A stretch of DNA of 64,000 nt from an uncultured archaeon (lineage in GTDB: Archaea > Asgardarchaeota > Hermodarchaeia > Hermodarchaeales > Hermodarchaeaceae). The notes beneath the pieces are model-generated. The model saw only the letters and a list, made by a program, of their open reading frames with translations. It did not search any database and had not been told where the DNA came from. The stretch covers positions 1 through 64,000 of the forward strand of contig CAYFXC010000001.1 of NCBI GenBank assembly GCA_964347045.1. The letters run 5' to 3'. The first letter of the stretch is position 1. Each line of letters begins with the position of its first letter. Shown piece after piece: positions 1-9,833 of this stretch. The position numbers and the translations under genes were made by a program.

Positions 1-242
1 AATGGTAGTAAAAAGGAGGGACGCACATTGAGCTACTTAAGGCTTTCGCAGTCTTCGGTAGCTCTTCACGGCTCCAGTCTTCGAGTTTTGTCAACCACAT
101 TAAATTAAGCTTTCGGTTTTCTGTCATACAAAAAGGATGAGGGCATTGTACGCTACAGCAAATGGATTGTGTGTTTGTGAAGGGAAATTCTTTTCTAAGC
201 ATAACCAGCACACTTACACCGTTTCTAGAAGGAGAGATCCTC

Positions 243-1208
243 GTGGGTAGCAAGACAAATGACTACACAGGCATCATTTTGAACATTCAGCGTTTTTCGA
301 CTGATGATGGGCCCGGTATTCGAACGACCGTTTTTCTCATGGGGTGTGACCTAAGTTGCCACTGGTGTCAAAACCCGGAAACTTGGTCACTGACGCCACA
401 AGTAGTGTGGTACCAAGACAGGTGTATTGGTGCATGTCATTGTATATCCGTTTGCCCAAAGAAAGCCTTGTCACTGACTCCTGAGGGTTTACAGATTGAC
501 CGCCAGCAATGCAATAGCTGTGGTGAATGCATACCGGTTTGTCCCTCGAAAGCGATTGACCTTCTTGGAACTCCTCGAAGTGTTGATGAGGTTTTTTCTG
601 AAGTGATGCGTGATAAACCGTTTTACGATGAATCTGGTGGTGGAGTGACATTAAGTGGTGGTGACCCCTTATTTCAACACCATTTCACTCATCGCCTTTT
701 GCAGAGATTGAAAAAAGCTAGGATTCATACAGCTCTTGACACCGCAGGCTATTCTAGCGCACCAATTTTCAAGAAGGTGGTTCAGCTCAGTGACCTAACG
801 TTATTTGATTTGAAGATAATGGATCCTGACCAGCATAAAGACTGCACTGGTGGGTCATTAGATCCTATTCTTGAAAATGCAAAATGGCTGGGAGGCGAAG
901 TTAACACAGTATGGATACGTACGCCAATCATTCCTAATTTAACGGATTCGTCTGCAAACATTACAGCGATTGCCGCGTTTATTCGTCTTTACATGCCCAA
1001 TGTCGAGCAATGGGACCTTTTAGGCTTCAACAAGCTCTGTAATCCAAAATGGCAACGACTTAATCGGCCCTTTCGTTGTGCAAATACACCATTGGTAAGC
1101 GAAAAGCATATGATGCATCTTTTGGAAATTGCAAAAGAGTCCCAGGTTGAAAAAATAACTTGGTCGGGTGTTACCCAAGAAGCAACGTCTCATAAATCAA
1201 CGAAATAA
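243..1208 (+). CDS. Glycyl-radical enzyme activating protein (radical SAM with 2x[4Fe-4S] ferredoxin insert)
   Basis: DGPGIRTTVF-x-GC-xxx-C-xx-C-QNPE motif, two CxxCxxCxxxC clusters, GGVTLSGGDP; likely GTG start at 243 after AGGAGA. Confidence 0.9.
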   Translation: MGSKTNDYTGIILNIQRFSTDDGPGIRTTVFLMGCDLSCHWCQNPETWSLTPQVVWYQDRCIGACHCISVCPKKALSLTPEGLQIDRQQCNSCGECIPVCPSKAIDLLGTPRSVDEVFSEVMRDKPFYDESGGGVTLSGGDPLFQHHFTHRLLQRLKKARIHTALDTAGYSSAPIFKKVVQLSDLTLFDLKIMDPDQHKDCTGGSLDPILENAKWLGGEVNTVWIRTPIIPNLTDSSANITAIAAFIRLYMPNVEQWDLLGFNKLCNPKWQRLNRPFRCANTPLVSEKHMMHLLEIAKESQVEKITWSGVTQEATSHKSTK

Positions 1209-1224
1209 GGGCGGGAAATTTAGA

Positions 1225-2316
1225 ATGACACAAACTAAACGAAAACGAGCACGAGAGATAGGATTAGAGATTGGTTCGATACCTCCCGGGGTAGGTAATT
1301 CCATAACTGACGTTCCTGGAGTATTGGTGGGACATACAACGCTCATTGAGGGAGAAGGAAAACTCATTCCTGGGAAAGGACCAATACGTACTGGTGTAAC
1401 GGCAATATTACCACACGATGGGAATCTATTTACTGAATCTGTAGTTGGAGCTGTGCATATCATCAATGGCTTTGGTAAGGCTGTGGGTCTTGCACAGTTA
1501 ATGGAATTGGGACGTATCGAGACACCAATTCTTCTTACTAGTACGCTAAATGTGGGAATCGTTGAAGATGCCGTAACCGAATATATGATTGAGCAAAATC
1601 CTCAAGCAGGGATTTCAAAAACAACGCCCAATCCGATTGTAGCTGAATGTCATGATGGATATCTCAACGATGCCCAGGGTCGGCATGTTCGCAAATCACA
1701 TGTTTTTGCAGCAATTCAGAATGTAACTGCAGATGTCCAAGAGGGATGCGTGGGCGTCGGTACAGGGATGATGGCATTTGGATATAAGAGCGGAGTTGGT
1801 ACAGCTTCACGAGTTCTTCCAAAAAAACAAGGGGGATATTACATAGGAAGTTTTGCAGTTCCCAATTGTGGTCGAAAAGGAGATCTCATCCTAAACGGAA
1901 CACCAATCAACAAGCTCTTGAAAGAATCACCTAAACTCTCTCCTGATCCAGCTTATTCTGAAGGAGGTTCTATAGTTGTCGTTATTGCAACTAATGCCCC
2001 TCTGTCGTCCCGTCAATTAAGTCGCATGGCACGCCGCGCAGTCATTGGAATTGGACGAACAGGAAGCGTGGTGAGTCATGGAAGCGGGGATTTTGTCATC
2101 GCATTTAGTACGGCCTATCGTGAGAATTCGGAGATATCGTCTTTAACTATTGAGCGAACACAATTACAAGAAAAATGGCTAACTGCATATTTTGGAGCGG
2201 TTGTGGAAGCAACAGAAGAAGCCATTGTCAATGCCCTCTGTATGGCTACGCCTATGACAGGCAGAGATAATTTTACAGCAGAAGCATTGCCGATTGATAT
2301 AATTACGCAATTCTAG
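1225..2316 (+). CDS. DmpA/P1 family aminopeptidase (peptidase S58)
   Basis: NSITDVPGVLVGHTT, NGFGK, ECHDGYLND, G-S autocleavage site (EGGSIVVVIATNAPL), SGDFVIAFST. Confidence 0.9.
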   Translation: MTQTKRKRAREIGLEIGSIPPGVGNSITDVPGVLVGHTTLIEGEGKLIPGKGPIRTGVTAILPHDGNLFTESVVGAVHIINGFGKAVGLAQLMELGRIETPILLTSTLNVGIVEDAVTEYMIEQNPQAGISKTTPNPIVAECHDGYLNDAQGRHVRKSHVFAAIQNVTADVQEGCVGVGTGMMAFGYKSGVGTASRVLPKKQGGYYIGSFAVPNCGRKGDLILNGTPINKLLKESPKLSPDPAYSEGGSIVVVIATNAPLSSRQLSRMARRAVIGIGRTGSVVSHGSGDFVIAFSTAYRENSEISSLTIERTQLQEKWLTAYFGAVVEATEEAIVNALCMATPMTGRDNFTAEALPIDIITQF

Positions 2317-2461
2317 CAATTGGGGCGAATCTTTCGCACGATTTACTTGTTTTTTGACTTGTGGGTTCTTCGCTCCTTTACCCATATATAATTTTTCGAA
2401 GTAATCTATATATACTGAATAGTTTCTATACAAGAAGGAATTCCTCAAGTAGGCGAGAGCT

Positions 2462-3478
2462 ATGTCAACAGAAACACGGAAAGTACAACTTACTGGTGGA
2501 GCTACTTACATCATCTCTTTACCAAAAAAATGGGCAGAGAAAGCAGGTCTAAAGTCAGGCAGCGAGTTGCAACTCGTCCCACAAGATCGATATTCGTTGC
2601 TACTCTATACCGCAGCATCGCTAGAGGCGGCAACGCTCACAGAAGGTCACGTTGAAATTCCCAAGGGAATGCCAACAGAAGATATTGTTCGAAATTTTAT
2701 CACGCAGTACCTAGCGGGATTTGATATTATCCAGCTTGATTTACAATTTGTAAAAGCGGATCAACGTGTGGCTGTAAAGGAAACTATACGCCGATTGATG
2801 ATTGGAGCTGAAATCGTTTCTGAAACCACAGATAGAATCGTGGTTCAGTGCTTTTTGGGTCAAGCCAACTTACCATTATTGAAAGCATTAGAACGGATGG
2901 AAGCGTTAGTCAGTTCTATGCAGAATGATGCTGTGATTGCGTTATTAGAGGGAGATAAACGATTAGCGGAGGAAGTGGTACAGCGGGACCCTGAAGTAGA
3001 TCGTTTCTATTTCTATATAGTTCGGCAGTTGACTTCAGCTATTGGACGTACAGATCATATTCGAAAGATTGGTTTGACAAGTCCTCAAGCTGTTCTTGGT
3101 TATCGTATGGTTGTAAAAAGCATTGAGCGGGCTGGAGATCACGCAACACGAATTGCCTCAATTGCCACAGATACCAAGCTTCCTGAGAAGTCCCCGCTGA
3201 CGAATACATTTACTAAGATGCATCAGCTATCGGATAGAGTCTTTCAAGATTCGTTAATGACGCTTAGAAGTTTAGATGTTCCATTAGCGCATAAAACCAT
3301 TCATCGAGTGGATGACATTGTTCAGCTCGAAGAAAAGGGTATTCGGCATTTGCTAGGTGGTAAATATCCTGTTGAATCAGTGCTAAACTTTCGATTAGCA
3401 TTGGAAAGTTTACGACGAATTGCTGAGTATGGGTCTGACATAGCAGAGACTGCAATTAACTTGTCTGTTGAACGTTAA
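2462..3478 (+). CDS. AbrB-PhoU phosphate uptake regulator family protein
   Basis: N-terminal RKVQLTGGATYIISLPKKW AbrB domain; two PhoU repeats (D-EVDRFY, ERAGDH, RRIAEY). Confidence 0.9.
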   Translation: MSTETRKVQLTGGATYIISLPKKWAEKAGLKSGSELQLVPQDRYSLLLYTAASLEAATLTEGHVEIPKGMPTEDIVRNFITQYLAGFDIIQLDLQFVKADQRVAVKETIRRLMIGAEIVSETTDRIVVQCFLGQANLPLLKALERMEALVSSMQNDAVIALLEGDKRLAEEVVQRDPEVDRFYFYIVRQLTSAIGRTDHIRKIGLTSPQAVLGYRMVVKSIERAGDHATRIASIATDTKLPEKSPLTNTFTKMHQLSDRVFQDSLMTLRSLDVPLAHKTIHRVDDIVQLEEKGIRHLLGGKYPVESVLNFRLALESLRRIAEYGSDIAETAINLSVER

Positions 3479-3491
3479 CCCAATTCTGAGA

Positions 3492-4022
3492 TCATAAATC
3501 AAATTGGATCCCACAATAGGCGCAAAAGCGAGCGTCTTCATCATTTTCTGTTTGGCAGCGTGGACAAATGAGCGCAGAGTCTTCTTCTGGTTCATCAAAA
3601 AGATCTTGGAGTGGTAAGGATTCAGCCATGTGAATTTCATTTACTGCCTTAGCAGAGGTGTAAATGGGGCTCCAGAGGATTCGTTTATTGTCTTTAACAC
3701 CGTGGGTTGGACATTCGAGTAATACAACTGTAAAATGACCCTTTATTCCAGATCGTTTTGGTTGGGCTGGTTCACCGCAGATATTGCATCGGAAAAGCCG
3801 ATTCCCTGCGGGACCAATCCATTCACTGAGTCGACTGTAGGGTAAGAATATGCGTCGAACTCGTCGGTGAACAGGACAGCGTACATAGGCTGCCAATGGT
3901 TGGAGTTCTTTGTTTTTTGAAACCTGAACCTCATCAATTTTCAGAAGAATATAGGATCTCCCACAAGGGCAAGTAAGGGCCCCTTCCCATGCAATGTCGG
4001 TTTCAGATTCCGAACCGGGTAT
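3492..4022 (-). CDS. Multi zinc-ribbon protein (probable ATA start)
   Basis: CPCG, CPVH, CNIC, CPTH, CPRC, CAYC pairs; frame is open 42 codons upstream of the track's TTG, to an ATA preceded by GGAGG. Confidence 0.7.
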   Translation of the reverse strand: MPGSESETDIAWEGALTCPCGRSYILLKIDEVQVSKNKELQPLAAYVRCPVHRRVRRIFLPYSRLSEWIGPAGNRLFRCNICGEPAQPKRSGIKGHFTVVLLECPTHGVKDNKRILWSPIYTSAKAVNEIHMAESLPLQDLFDEPEEDSALICPRCQTENDEDARFCAYCGIQFDL

Positions 4023-4077
4023 GATTTGTTCCTCCCTGCTAGTTGTCGAGTTAGAATACTTAAGGTTTGGTGACTAC

Positions 4078-4878
4078 TTAAGAAGGCTTTTGGAAGATGA
4101 GAATGTATTCGTGAACCTTGTTGACACGAAAGGTTGTTGGATAGCCAAGGGGACGAAGGTTATGGTAGTCTTTTCTTCGATCCCAAATTATGATATCTTC
4201 AAGTTGGAATCCGACCTTGCTCCATTGTTGGATGCAGTCAATATGAAGTGGGTAAAATTGGTTTTTCTTACGAAGATCCATTACAATCAAAATGCACCAA
4301 TGACCTGGTTTGAGAGCCATGAAAAGCTGTGCAGAAACTGTTCCTAATGAATTTATAAAGTCAGTGTATGCTGAGATGTTGCCAAGATCCTGAGCCAAGG
4401 GTGTGTATGGTCGCGGTGATTTACCATCAGCGGTGCGACGTTGTTGATGGATGTTCCAATAAGGGGGAGAAGTAATAATAAGATCTATAGAATCGGATGG
4501 GATAAATGTCGATAGATTCTGTGCGTTTTCACAGAAGATTTTGGCGCTACATGAATTGTGCTTTAACCGTTTCTGAGCAAGTTTGACATATTCCGTTGAA
4601 ATATCGACTCCAATTGCTTGGCAATCAAGTTTTAGGGCTGCAAGTAATGTGCTTCCTGCTCCCATGAAAGGATCAAGAACGGTATCTCCAGGTTTGGTAT
4701 AAATTCGTATCAGGCGTTCCACGAGTTTCTGGGGAAAAAGCGCTGGATGATGTAAGCGGATTTCTTCTGTTGTTTTTCCGATGTCCCAGATGCTTATTGA
4801 GTAGCGCGTCCAGGTTTTTCCATCCAACGTGTTCAGCCGATTCTTTTCACGATTCGTTTGTGTTGACGTTCCGAACAC
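4078..4878 (-). CDS. Solitary N4-cytosine/N6-adenine DNA methyltransferase, permuted motif order
   Basis: HPALFP...VLDPFMGAGST (motif I) precedes DLIITSPPY (motif IV); IIIWD and HEYILIF motifs. Confidence 0.85.
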   Translation of the reverse strand: MFGTSTQTNREKNRLNTLDGKTWTRYSISIWDIGKTTEEIRLHHPALFPQKLVERLIRIYTKPGDTVLDPFMGAGSTLLAALKLDCQAIGVDISTEYVKLAQKRLKHNSCSAKIFCENAQNLSTFIPSDSIDLIITSPPYWNIHQQRRTADGKSPRPYTPLAQDLGNISAYTDFINSLGTVSAQLFMALKPGHWCILIVMDLRKKNQFYPLHIDCIQQWSKVGFQLEDIIIWDRRKDYHNLRPLGYPTTFRVNKVHEYILIFQKPS

Positions 4879-4942
4879 ACCCCTTCGTAGGGCTTATCGG
4901 CTTCAGGACTAATAAATTGCGCATCCCAAATGTGAATGAAAA

Positions 4943-5506
4943 TTAGATTGCAAAGCTTGTTTCCTTGTTCGCGGAGGTTAACGCCTTGCTTAACACGAGA
5001 CGAGATAGGCTTGTGAAGGCTTTTTCTACATTTTCACCAGAAAAGGCTGAAGTTTCAAAGAAGTAGGCTTTCATGCGCCGTGCAAGTCGATCGCCGGAAG
5101 TGGTACTCACCACTCTTTGATTTGCTAAATCTGATTTTGTCCCCCATAATGCGGGTACATAGTCTTCGAGCACTTCATTGACTTCGGGAATCCACCGTTT
5201 CTCAATAGCGCGATAAGATTCGGGGCGAGTGATGTCAAACACAAAGATAACACCTTGTGCGCCTTGGTAGTATCGTTTTCGTAAGGCACTAAAACGTTCT
5301 TGGCCGGAGGTATCCCACAATGCGAGATTTACATCAAAGCCATCAACTACGAGTTCTTTGTTTGTAACATCCATGGCTATTGTTGTGAGATAGTCTTCAG
5401 TAAAGGTGTTTGTTGCAAATCGTCGCACAAGAGAGGTTTTTCCGACAGCCCAGTCACCACAAACAATAATTTTGAAGATATATTTGGTTGAACCGTTGGA
5501 TGACAA
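4943..5506 (-). CDS. Rab-like small GTPase
   Basis: GDWAVGKTS, YLTTI, LWDTSGQERF, RYYQGAQG, GTKSDL, FETSA; no C-terminal Cys prenylation motif. Confidence 0.93.
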   Translation of the reverse strand: MSSNGSTKYIFKIIVCGDWAVGKTSLVRRFATNTFTEDYLTTIAMDVTNKELVVDGFDVNLALWDTSGQERFSALRKRYYQGAQGVIFVFDITRPESYRAIEKRWIPEVNEVLEDYVPALWGTKSDLANQRVVSTTSGDRLARRMKAYFFETSAFSGENVEKAFTSLSRLVLSKALTSANKETSFAI

Positions 5507-5589
5507 GGTTAAACCCCGCTAATCGCTAGTTTCCGAATATCGGCTTTAAAGCTGTCGTCAAAAAGAAGGGGATGAAATAAGGTTTGAAT

Positions 5590-6246
5590 TTATGTAACAG
5601 ATAGTTGCTCAACCCCAAATGGACACAGAGTATTAAGAGGACAAGTTTGGCATTTGGGATTTCGTGCTGTACACCGAGTTCGCCCGTGAGCAATGAAAAG
5701 TCGATTGATGCGATTCCATTGGTCATGGGGTAATAGCTCCATTAGATCTCGTTCTACCTGATTGGGATTTTTTCCTTTACTGAGCCCCAATCGACGTGAA
5801 ATTCGAAAAACATGAGTATCAACTGCAATTCCTTCTACAATACCAAAAGCGCGATTAAGAATAATATTCGCTGTTTTTCGACCAACACCAGGAAGGCGAA
5901 TAAGCTCTTCCATGGTTTGGGGAACTTTACCATCGAATTCTTCAATGAGCATTCGACACGAAGCTTGTATGTGCTTGGTTTTTTGTCGATAGTAACCGAC
6001 TTTGAAAATATCTTGCTGAAGTTGTCGAGGATTAACTGAGGCAAAATCTTTAGGAGTACGATATTTCTTGAACAATTCTTTGGTTACTTGGTTGACTTGA
6101 ACGTCTGTCGATTGAGCTGAAAGCATCGTAGCAATCAGGTATTGGAAAGGTGAACGCGCCTTAAGTGTCAGTGGCTCTTGGGGATAGTGTCCTTCTAGAA
6201 TTTTAATAATGTGTAATGCACTTGATTTTTCGTTAGGGTGAACCAC
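5590..6246 (-). CDS. nth: Endonuclease III
   Basis: LSAQSTD, HhH LPGVGRKTAN, AVDTHVFR, C-terminal Cx6Cx2Cx5C Fe-S motif. Confidence 0.95.
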   Translation of the reverse strand: MVHPNEKSSALHIIKILEGHYPQEPLTLKARSPFQYLIATMLSAQSTDVQVNQVTKELFKKYRTPKDFASVNPRQLQQDIFKVGYYRQKTKHIQASCRMLIEEFDGKVPQTMEELIRLPGVGRKTANIILNRAFGIVEGIAVDTHVFRISRRLGLSKGKNPNQVERDLMELLPHDQWNRINRLFIAHGRTRCTARNPKCQTCPLNTLCPFGVEQLSVT

Positions 6247-6372
6247 GTTTTATCCCTTCAGCGTTATTCAGAAGATGGTTCCTAAATTCAAGTTTCCCCT
6301 CTTGCTAATTATTATTTTCACCTAATTATAGGACACACAACAGTCATATATCATGCAGTAAATCAATCGGAT

Positions 6373-6762
6373 GTGGTTCAGCGATGAAGGACAGCTGCCG
6401 GACGCCTAGCGTCTGAGGAAGCTCCATCCTCCTTTAGGCAGCGGTACGGCGTGAGCCGTAAGGCGAGAGCCTTGCTCTGGGAACAGAAACGACACGCCCA
6501 GCGCTGAATTGACGATGAGGCAGTAGAGGAGCAAAGGTAACTTTGCTCCAAGCGGCGTGCTGGTGACAGGACGCTTGTTAACCTGTTGAGGACAGCGTTG
6601 GAACCGATGAAACGGCCCAACACCGTGGGAGCAAGCCCAAATAGGCCATCAATGAGGAGCCTACTGAGGTGGCGGGTAGGGTGCTTAGCCAGATGCTGTC
6701 ATTCCATTCAAGGTAACTTGAATGGTTGAACAAAAGATGGGCTACTCTCATTTCTGGACCAC
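6373..6762 (+). ncRNA. rnpB: RNase P RNA (archaeal type A-like)
   Basis: GAGGAAGCTCC P4 5' strand, ACAGAAA, GAAAC, AACAAAAGATGGGCTACT 3' P4 region; terminal pairing GTGGTTCAG/CTGGACCAC; ends approximate. Confidence 0.9.
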
Positions 6763-6790
6763 GCCTTTTCTCACAAAAGGGTGGAGAACA

Positions 6791-7321
6791 GTGGATCCCC
6801 CACAAATTCTTGTGTTACGCATCCCAGGTTGTGACCCAAAGAAATGCAGTGCTCTTAAGCTCTCCCGACATAAAATGATCCGTCTTTTACATAGCCCCCG
6901 ACAAATCCGTGGACACCCAATCATTTTGAACCCGTTCGCGTCTCAAGCTTTCTCCCCAGCCGATTTGAAGCACGCACAGAAGGATGGTGTTTTAGTCTTA
7001 GATTGTTCGTGGAACGAAGCAATGGAATTGTTTCAGCGAAGAATTCGCGGGGAACCACGAGGTCTGCCATACTTGGTTGCAGCTAATCCAGTCAATTATG
7101 GTCAGGTTGGAAAACTTTGTTCAGCTGAAGCTGCAGCAAGTGCCCTATATATTCTGGGATTTGAAGAGAGGGCAAAAGAGATTTTGAATCTCTTCAAATG
7201 GGGACCGCATTTTTTTGATCTGAACTCAGAACCTTTGAGAGAATATCAGGATGCAAAAAATAGCAGTGAGGTTGTGCAGAAACAGCTGCTGTATATGCCG
7301 TCTTTTAACGATGATAAATAA
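6791..7321 (+). CDS. tsr3: 16S/18S rRNA aminocarboxypropyltransferase Tsr3
   Basis: CDPKKCSALKL, VLDCSW, LPYLVAANPVNYG, FKWGPHF; GTG start at 6791 downstream of rnpB. Confidence 0.93.
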   Translation: MDPPQILVLRIPGCDPKKCSALKLSRHKMIRLLHSPRQIRGHPIILNPFASQAFSPADLKHAQKDGVLVLDCSWNEAMELFQRRIRGEPRGLPYLVAANPVNYGQVGKLCSAEAAASALYILGFEERAKEILNLFKWGPHFFDLNSEPLREYQDAKNSSEVVQKQLLYMPSFNDDK

Positions 7322-7333
7322 CAGGTTACTGAA

Positions 7334-8875
7334 TCACTCGCTGATTGGAATTCGGAAATTGTAAGCTATTGGACTAGCCATGGGATTCGCAAGTATCTTT
7401 GGAATGTAGTCACCTAAATCGAAGGCAATGGCGCCTTGTCCTTTATCTTGATAGGCCAGTAAGCCTGCTGCACCATTTATAAAAGCACCAGCACATGCAC
7501 TAAGAAACGAATTTACTCCTTGGGCCCGGAACCCGGCAACGAGACCGGCTAGCACGTCACCTGTTCCACCAACGCTCATAATTGGGTGCCCAGTCCAGTT
7601 CAGTTTTGTTTCTGTGGGAGTTGATGTGATGTCTACCGGTCCCTTCAATAAAACCACGCATTTGAGCGTTTTTGATAAATCTCGGACTTGTTGTGCCCGT
7701 TGAAGAAGAGGTGTAGCGACTTGAATTCCACGAATACGTTTAAACTCACCTGCATGCGGTGTAATGATTGTATTAACGCCAATTTTCATAAACCGTGAAA
7801 CAACTTTGAGTGCATCGGCATCAATCACAAGTGGTTTTTTCAGGCGATTAGCCATTGACATAATTTTTCCCGTTGCATCCAACGTTTCATGATGATCGCC
7901 AAGTCCAGGCCCAACTAACACTGCTTGCACATCAGCGAGAACCTCTTCGATTAGCGGCAGATCAGCATTCACTAGTTTTTTCTCGCAAAGTGTAACAGGT
8001 ATAAAATCTGGAGAGTGACTGGTCGCAGCCGTAATAACCTGCGAAGGAGCAGCTAAGTACACCAAATCAACACCACTTCGAAGAGCCCCCATTGAGGCAA
8101 GAATGGGTGCCCCAATATATTGCGGGCTTCCACCAATGACTAATAATCGCCCAAAATCCCCTTTCTTCGTAAAAATAGGTCGTGGTTGAGTTGCCCTTAT
8201 GACATCTCCTGGACCTACATAGAGTTCTGCTTCAGGAGGAATTCCTACATCAGCAACTACCAATTTTCCAGTATGTTCCCTATTTTTTGCTAGTCCTACT
8301 TTGGCATAATGGAACGTCACAGTCAAATCTGGTCGAAATGCGTCCTTCGTCGTAGGTTGACCTGTGTTGGGATGAATGCCTGTTGGAACATCAATCGCAA
8401 CTTTGAAAGCTTCCATTTTGTTCATAAGCTGAAGCGTTTTGATAAAAGGAGCCCGTGGTTTGCCTATAGCGCCTGTACCTAAAAGTGCGTCCACCACGAC
8501 GTTTGCATAAATTTGGGGTAATTCAGATGTGTCGCGCACAATATGGAGATCAATAGAGTGACGCATTTTTTGGATGATTTCCCAATTTTTCGCTGCTGCT
8601 TCGTTTCGGATGTTGTCAGGGTCTCCCAAAATGACCAAATGCACAATTTGGCATCGGGGGGCAAGATGACGTGCAGCGACGAAACCATCACCACCATTTC
8701 CCCCTAAACCAGCAAAGATGGCAACCCGAGGTAACCGTTTAGACCTGCGAAGGACTTCACGGGCAACCGCCCGTCCCGCATTTTCCATTAAAATTAGGCG
8801 GTCAACACCAAAGAATTCCGCATTCCATTCAATTGCAATCATTTCCTCTGCTAAGAGGGTTCGCACAGGTGACAT
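7334..8875 (-). CDS. nnr: Bifunctional NAD(P)HX epimerase/dehydratase
   Basis: LMENAG, GNGGDG, DALLGTG, DVPTG; KGDFG, GPGLG, VIDADA, TPHAGEF, GGTGDVLAG. Confidence 0.93.
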   Translation of the reverse strand: MSPVRTLLAEEMIAIEWNAEFFGVDRLILMENAGRAVAREVLRRSKRLPRVAIFAGLGGNGGDGFVAARHLAPRCQIVHLVILGDPDNIRNEAAAKNWEIIQKMRHSIDLHIVRDTSELPQIYANVVVDALLGTGAIGKPRAPFIKTLQLMNKMEAFKVAIDVPTGIHPNTGQPTTKDAFRPDLTVTFHYAKVGLAKNREHTGKLVVADVGIPPEAELYVGPGDVIRATQPRPIFTKKGDFGRLLVIGGSPQYIGAPILASMGALRSGVDLVYLAAPSQVITAATSHSPDFIPVTLCEKKLVNADLPLIEEVLADVQAVLVGPGLGDHHETLDATGKIMSMANRLKKPLVIDADALKVVSRFMKIGVNTIITPHAGEFKRIRGIQVATPLLQRAQQVRDLSKTLKCVVLLKGPVDITSTPTETKLNWTGHPIMSVGGTGDVLAGLVAGFRAQGVNSFLSACAGAFINGAAGLLAYQDKGQGAIAFDLGDYIPKILANPMASPIAYNFRIPISE

Positions 8876-8977
8876 CAGACATCCATCCTATACATTTCAT
8901 TATGAAGATTGAGTGACAATAAGGCTTTTGACTGGTTACAGATAATAGCATAAATTGTTGAATTTTAGGTGATTGCC

Positions 8978-9214
8978 ATGCCTAAAGCGTATGTCCTTAT
9001 TGTGGCAAAAAAAGGCGTCCAAAAAGATGAGCTTCTCGAACCCTTAATGAGCATCGAGGAGGTAAAAGAAGCATATCAAGTTCTGTGGAATTTTGATATT
9101 GTAGCTAAAATTATTGTAAAAGATATCCGACAACTGAAACACACTATTATCTCGAAGATACGACAACTCCCTGAAGTGGATAAAACAGTGACGCTTATCG
9201 CGGCAGAAAGTTAG
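8978..9214 (+). CDS. Stand-alone Lrp/AsnC ligand-binding (RAM) domain protein
   Basis: AYVLI...EAYQV..FDIVAKI...IRQLPEV.KTVTLI pattern. Confidence 0.8.
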   Translation: MPKAYVLIVAKKGVQKDELLEPLMSIEEVKEAYQVLWNFDIVAKIIVKDIRQLKHTIISKIRQLPEVDKTVTLIAAES

Positions 9215-9223
9215 GTCGCGATA

Positions 9224-9505
9224 TCATCTTTTATCACTTCCGAGCAGATATTTCAATTCATCCGGTTCAATATCTCTTGGTGGTAAGACCGCATCAGCTC
9301 GATAAGGACAATGGCGAACTTTCTTTCCATATTGATCAATCCACTCGAATAGTTGAGCATACATTTCCATTGCCTGGTCAATAGACCCCCATCGAGCTTC
9401 TTCAAATATATGGTCCCAGCGTTCTGTAAGTTCTTGAAGTATCTCATCCCGATCCGGGTCATCTATCAGCCGATAGCCTTCATTAGTAATTCTAACCACA
9501 AACAA
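9224..9505 (-). CDS. Hypothetical protein
   Basis: 93-aa ORF filling the intergenic space; no recognised motif. Confidence 0.55.
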   Translation of the reverse strand: MFVVRITNEGYRLIDDPDRDEILQELTERWDHIFEEARWGSIDQAMEMYAQLFEWIDQYGKKVRHCPYRADAVLPPRDIEPDELKYLLGSDKR

Positions 9506-9616
9506 TTACGCCAATACATCCTTGAACCAATTCTATTTGTTTTACCCTACGTTTCTACTCAAAAGTTTTATAGCAGGGTGTTATTGACTGAACTCCAGAC
9601 TTCCTTACAAGTCTCA

Positions 9617-9785
9617 GGGCTCGTAGCTTAGCCAGTCACACACGAATATCCGGTGTGGGCAAAGTCAGAGCATCGGGCTTTTATAGGAGCCACCAATTAG
9701 GGACTGTACGAAACTTGTACAGCAAGTTCTTCTTGCTTCTAAAGAAACCCGAGGGTCGCGGGTTCAAGTCCCGCCGAGCCCGCCA
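9617..9785 (+). tRNA. tRNA-Lys(UUU) with two introns (18/19: 9636-9663; 37/38: 9684-9746)
   Basis: Cloverleaf GGGCTCG...CGAGCCC-G-CCA is restored after removing two BHB-flanked inserts; anticodon TTT at 9680-9682. Confidence 0.92.
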
Positions 9786-9833
9786 TTTATCATTCTCAAA
9801 TATTTTTTCGCAATATTGTTTTGAAAAAGTAAA

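Noticed and set aside
3994-4347. 117-aa plus-strand ORF
   Set aside because: Antisense shadow of the methyltransferase and zinc-ribbon genes.
6378-6805. ORFs 6378..6623 and 6578..6805, and the N-terminal extension of Tsr3 from 6722
   Set aside because: They overlap the RNase P RNA; Tsr3 homology starts at GTG 6791.
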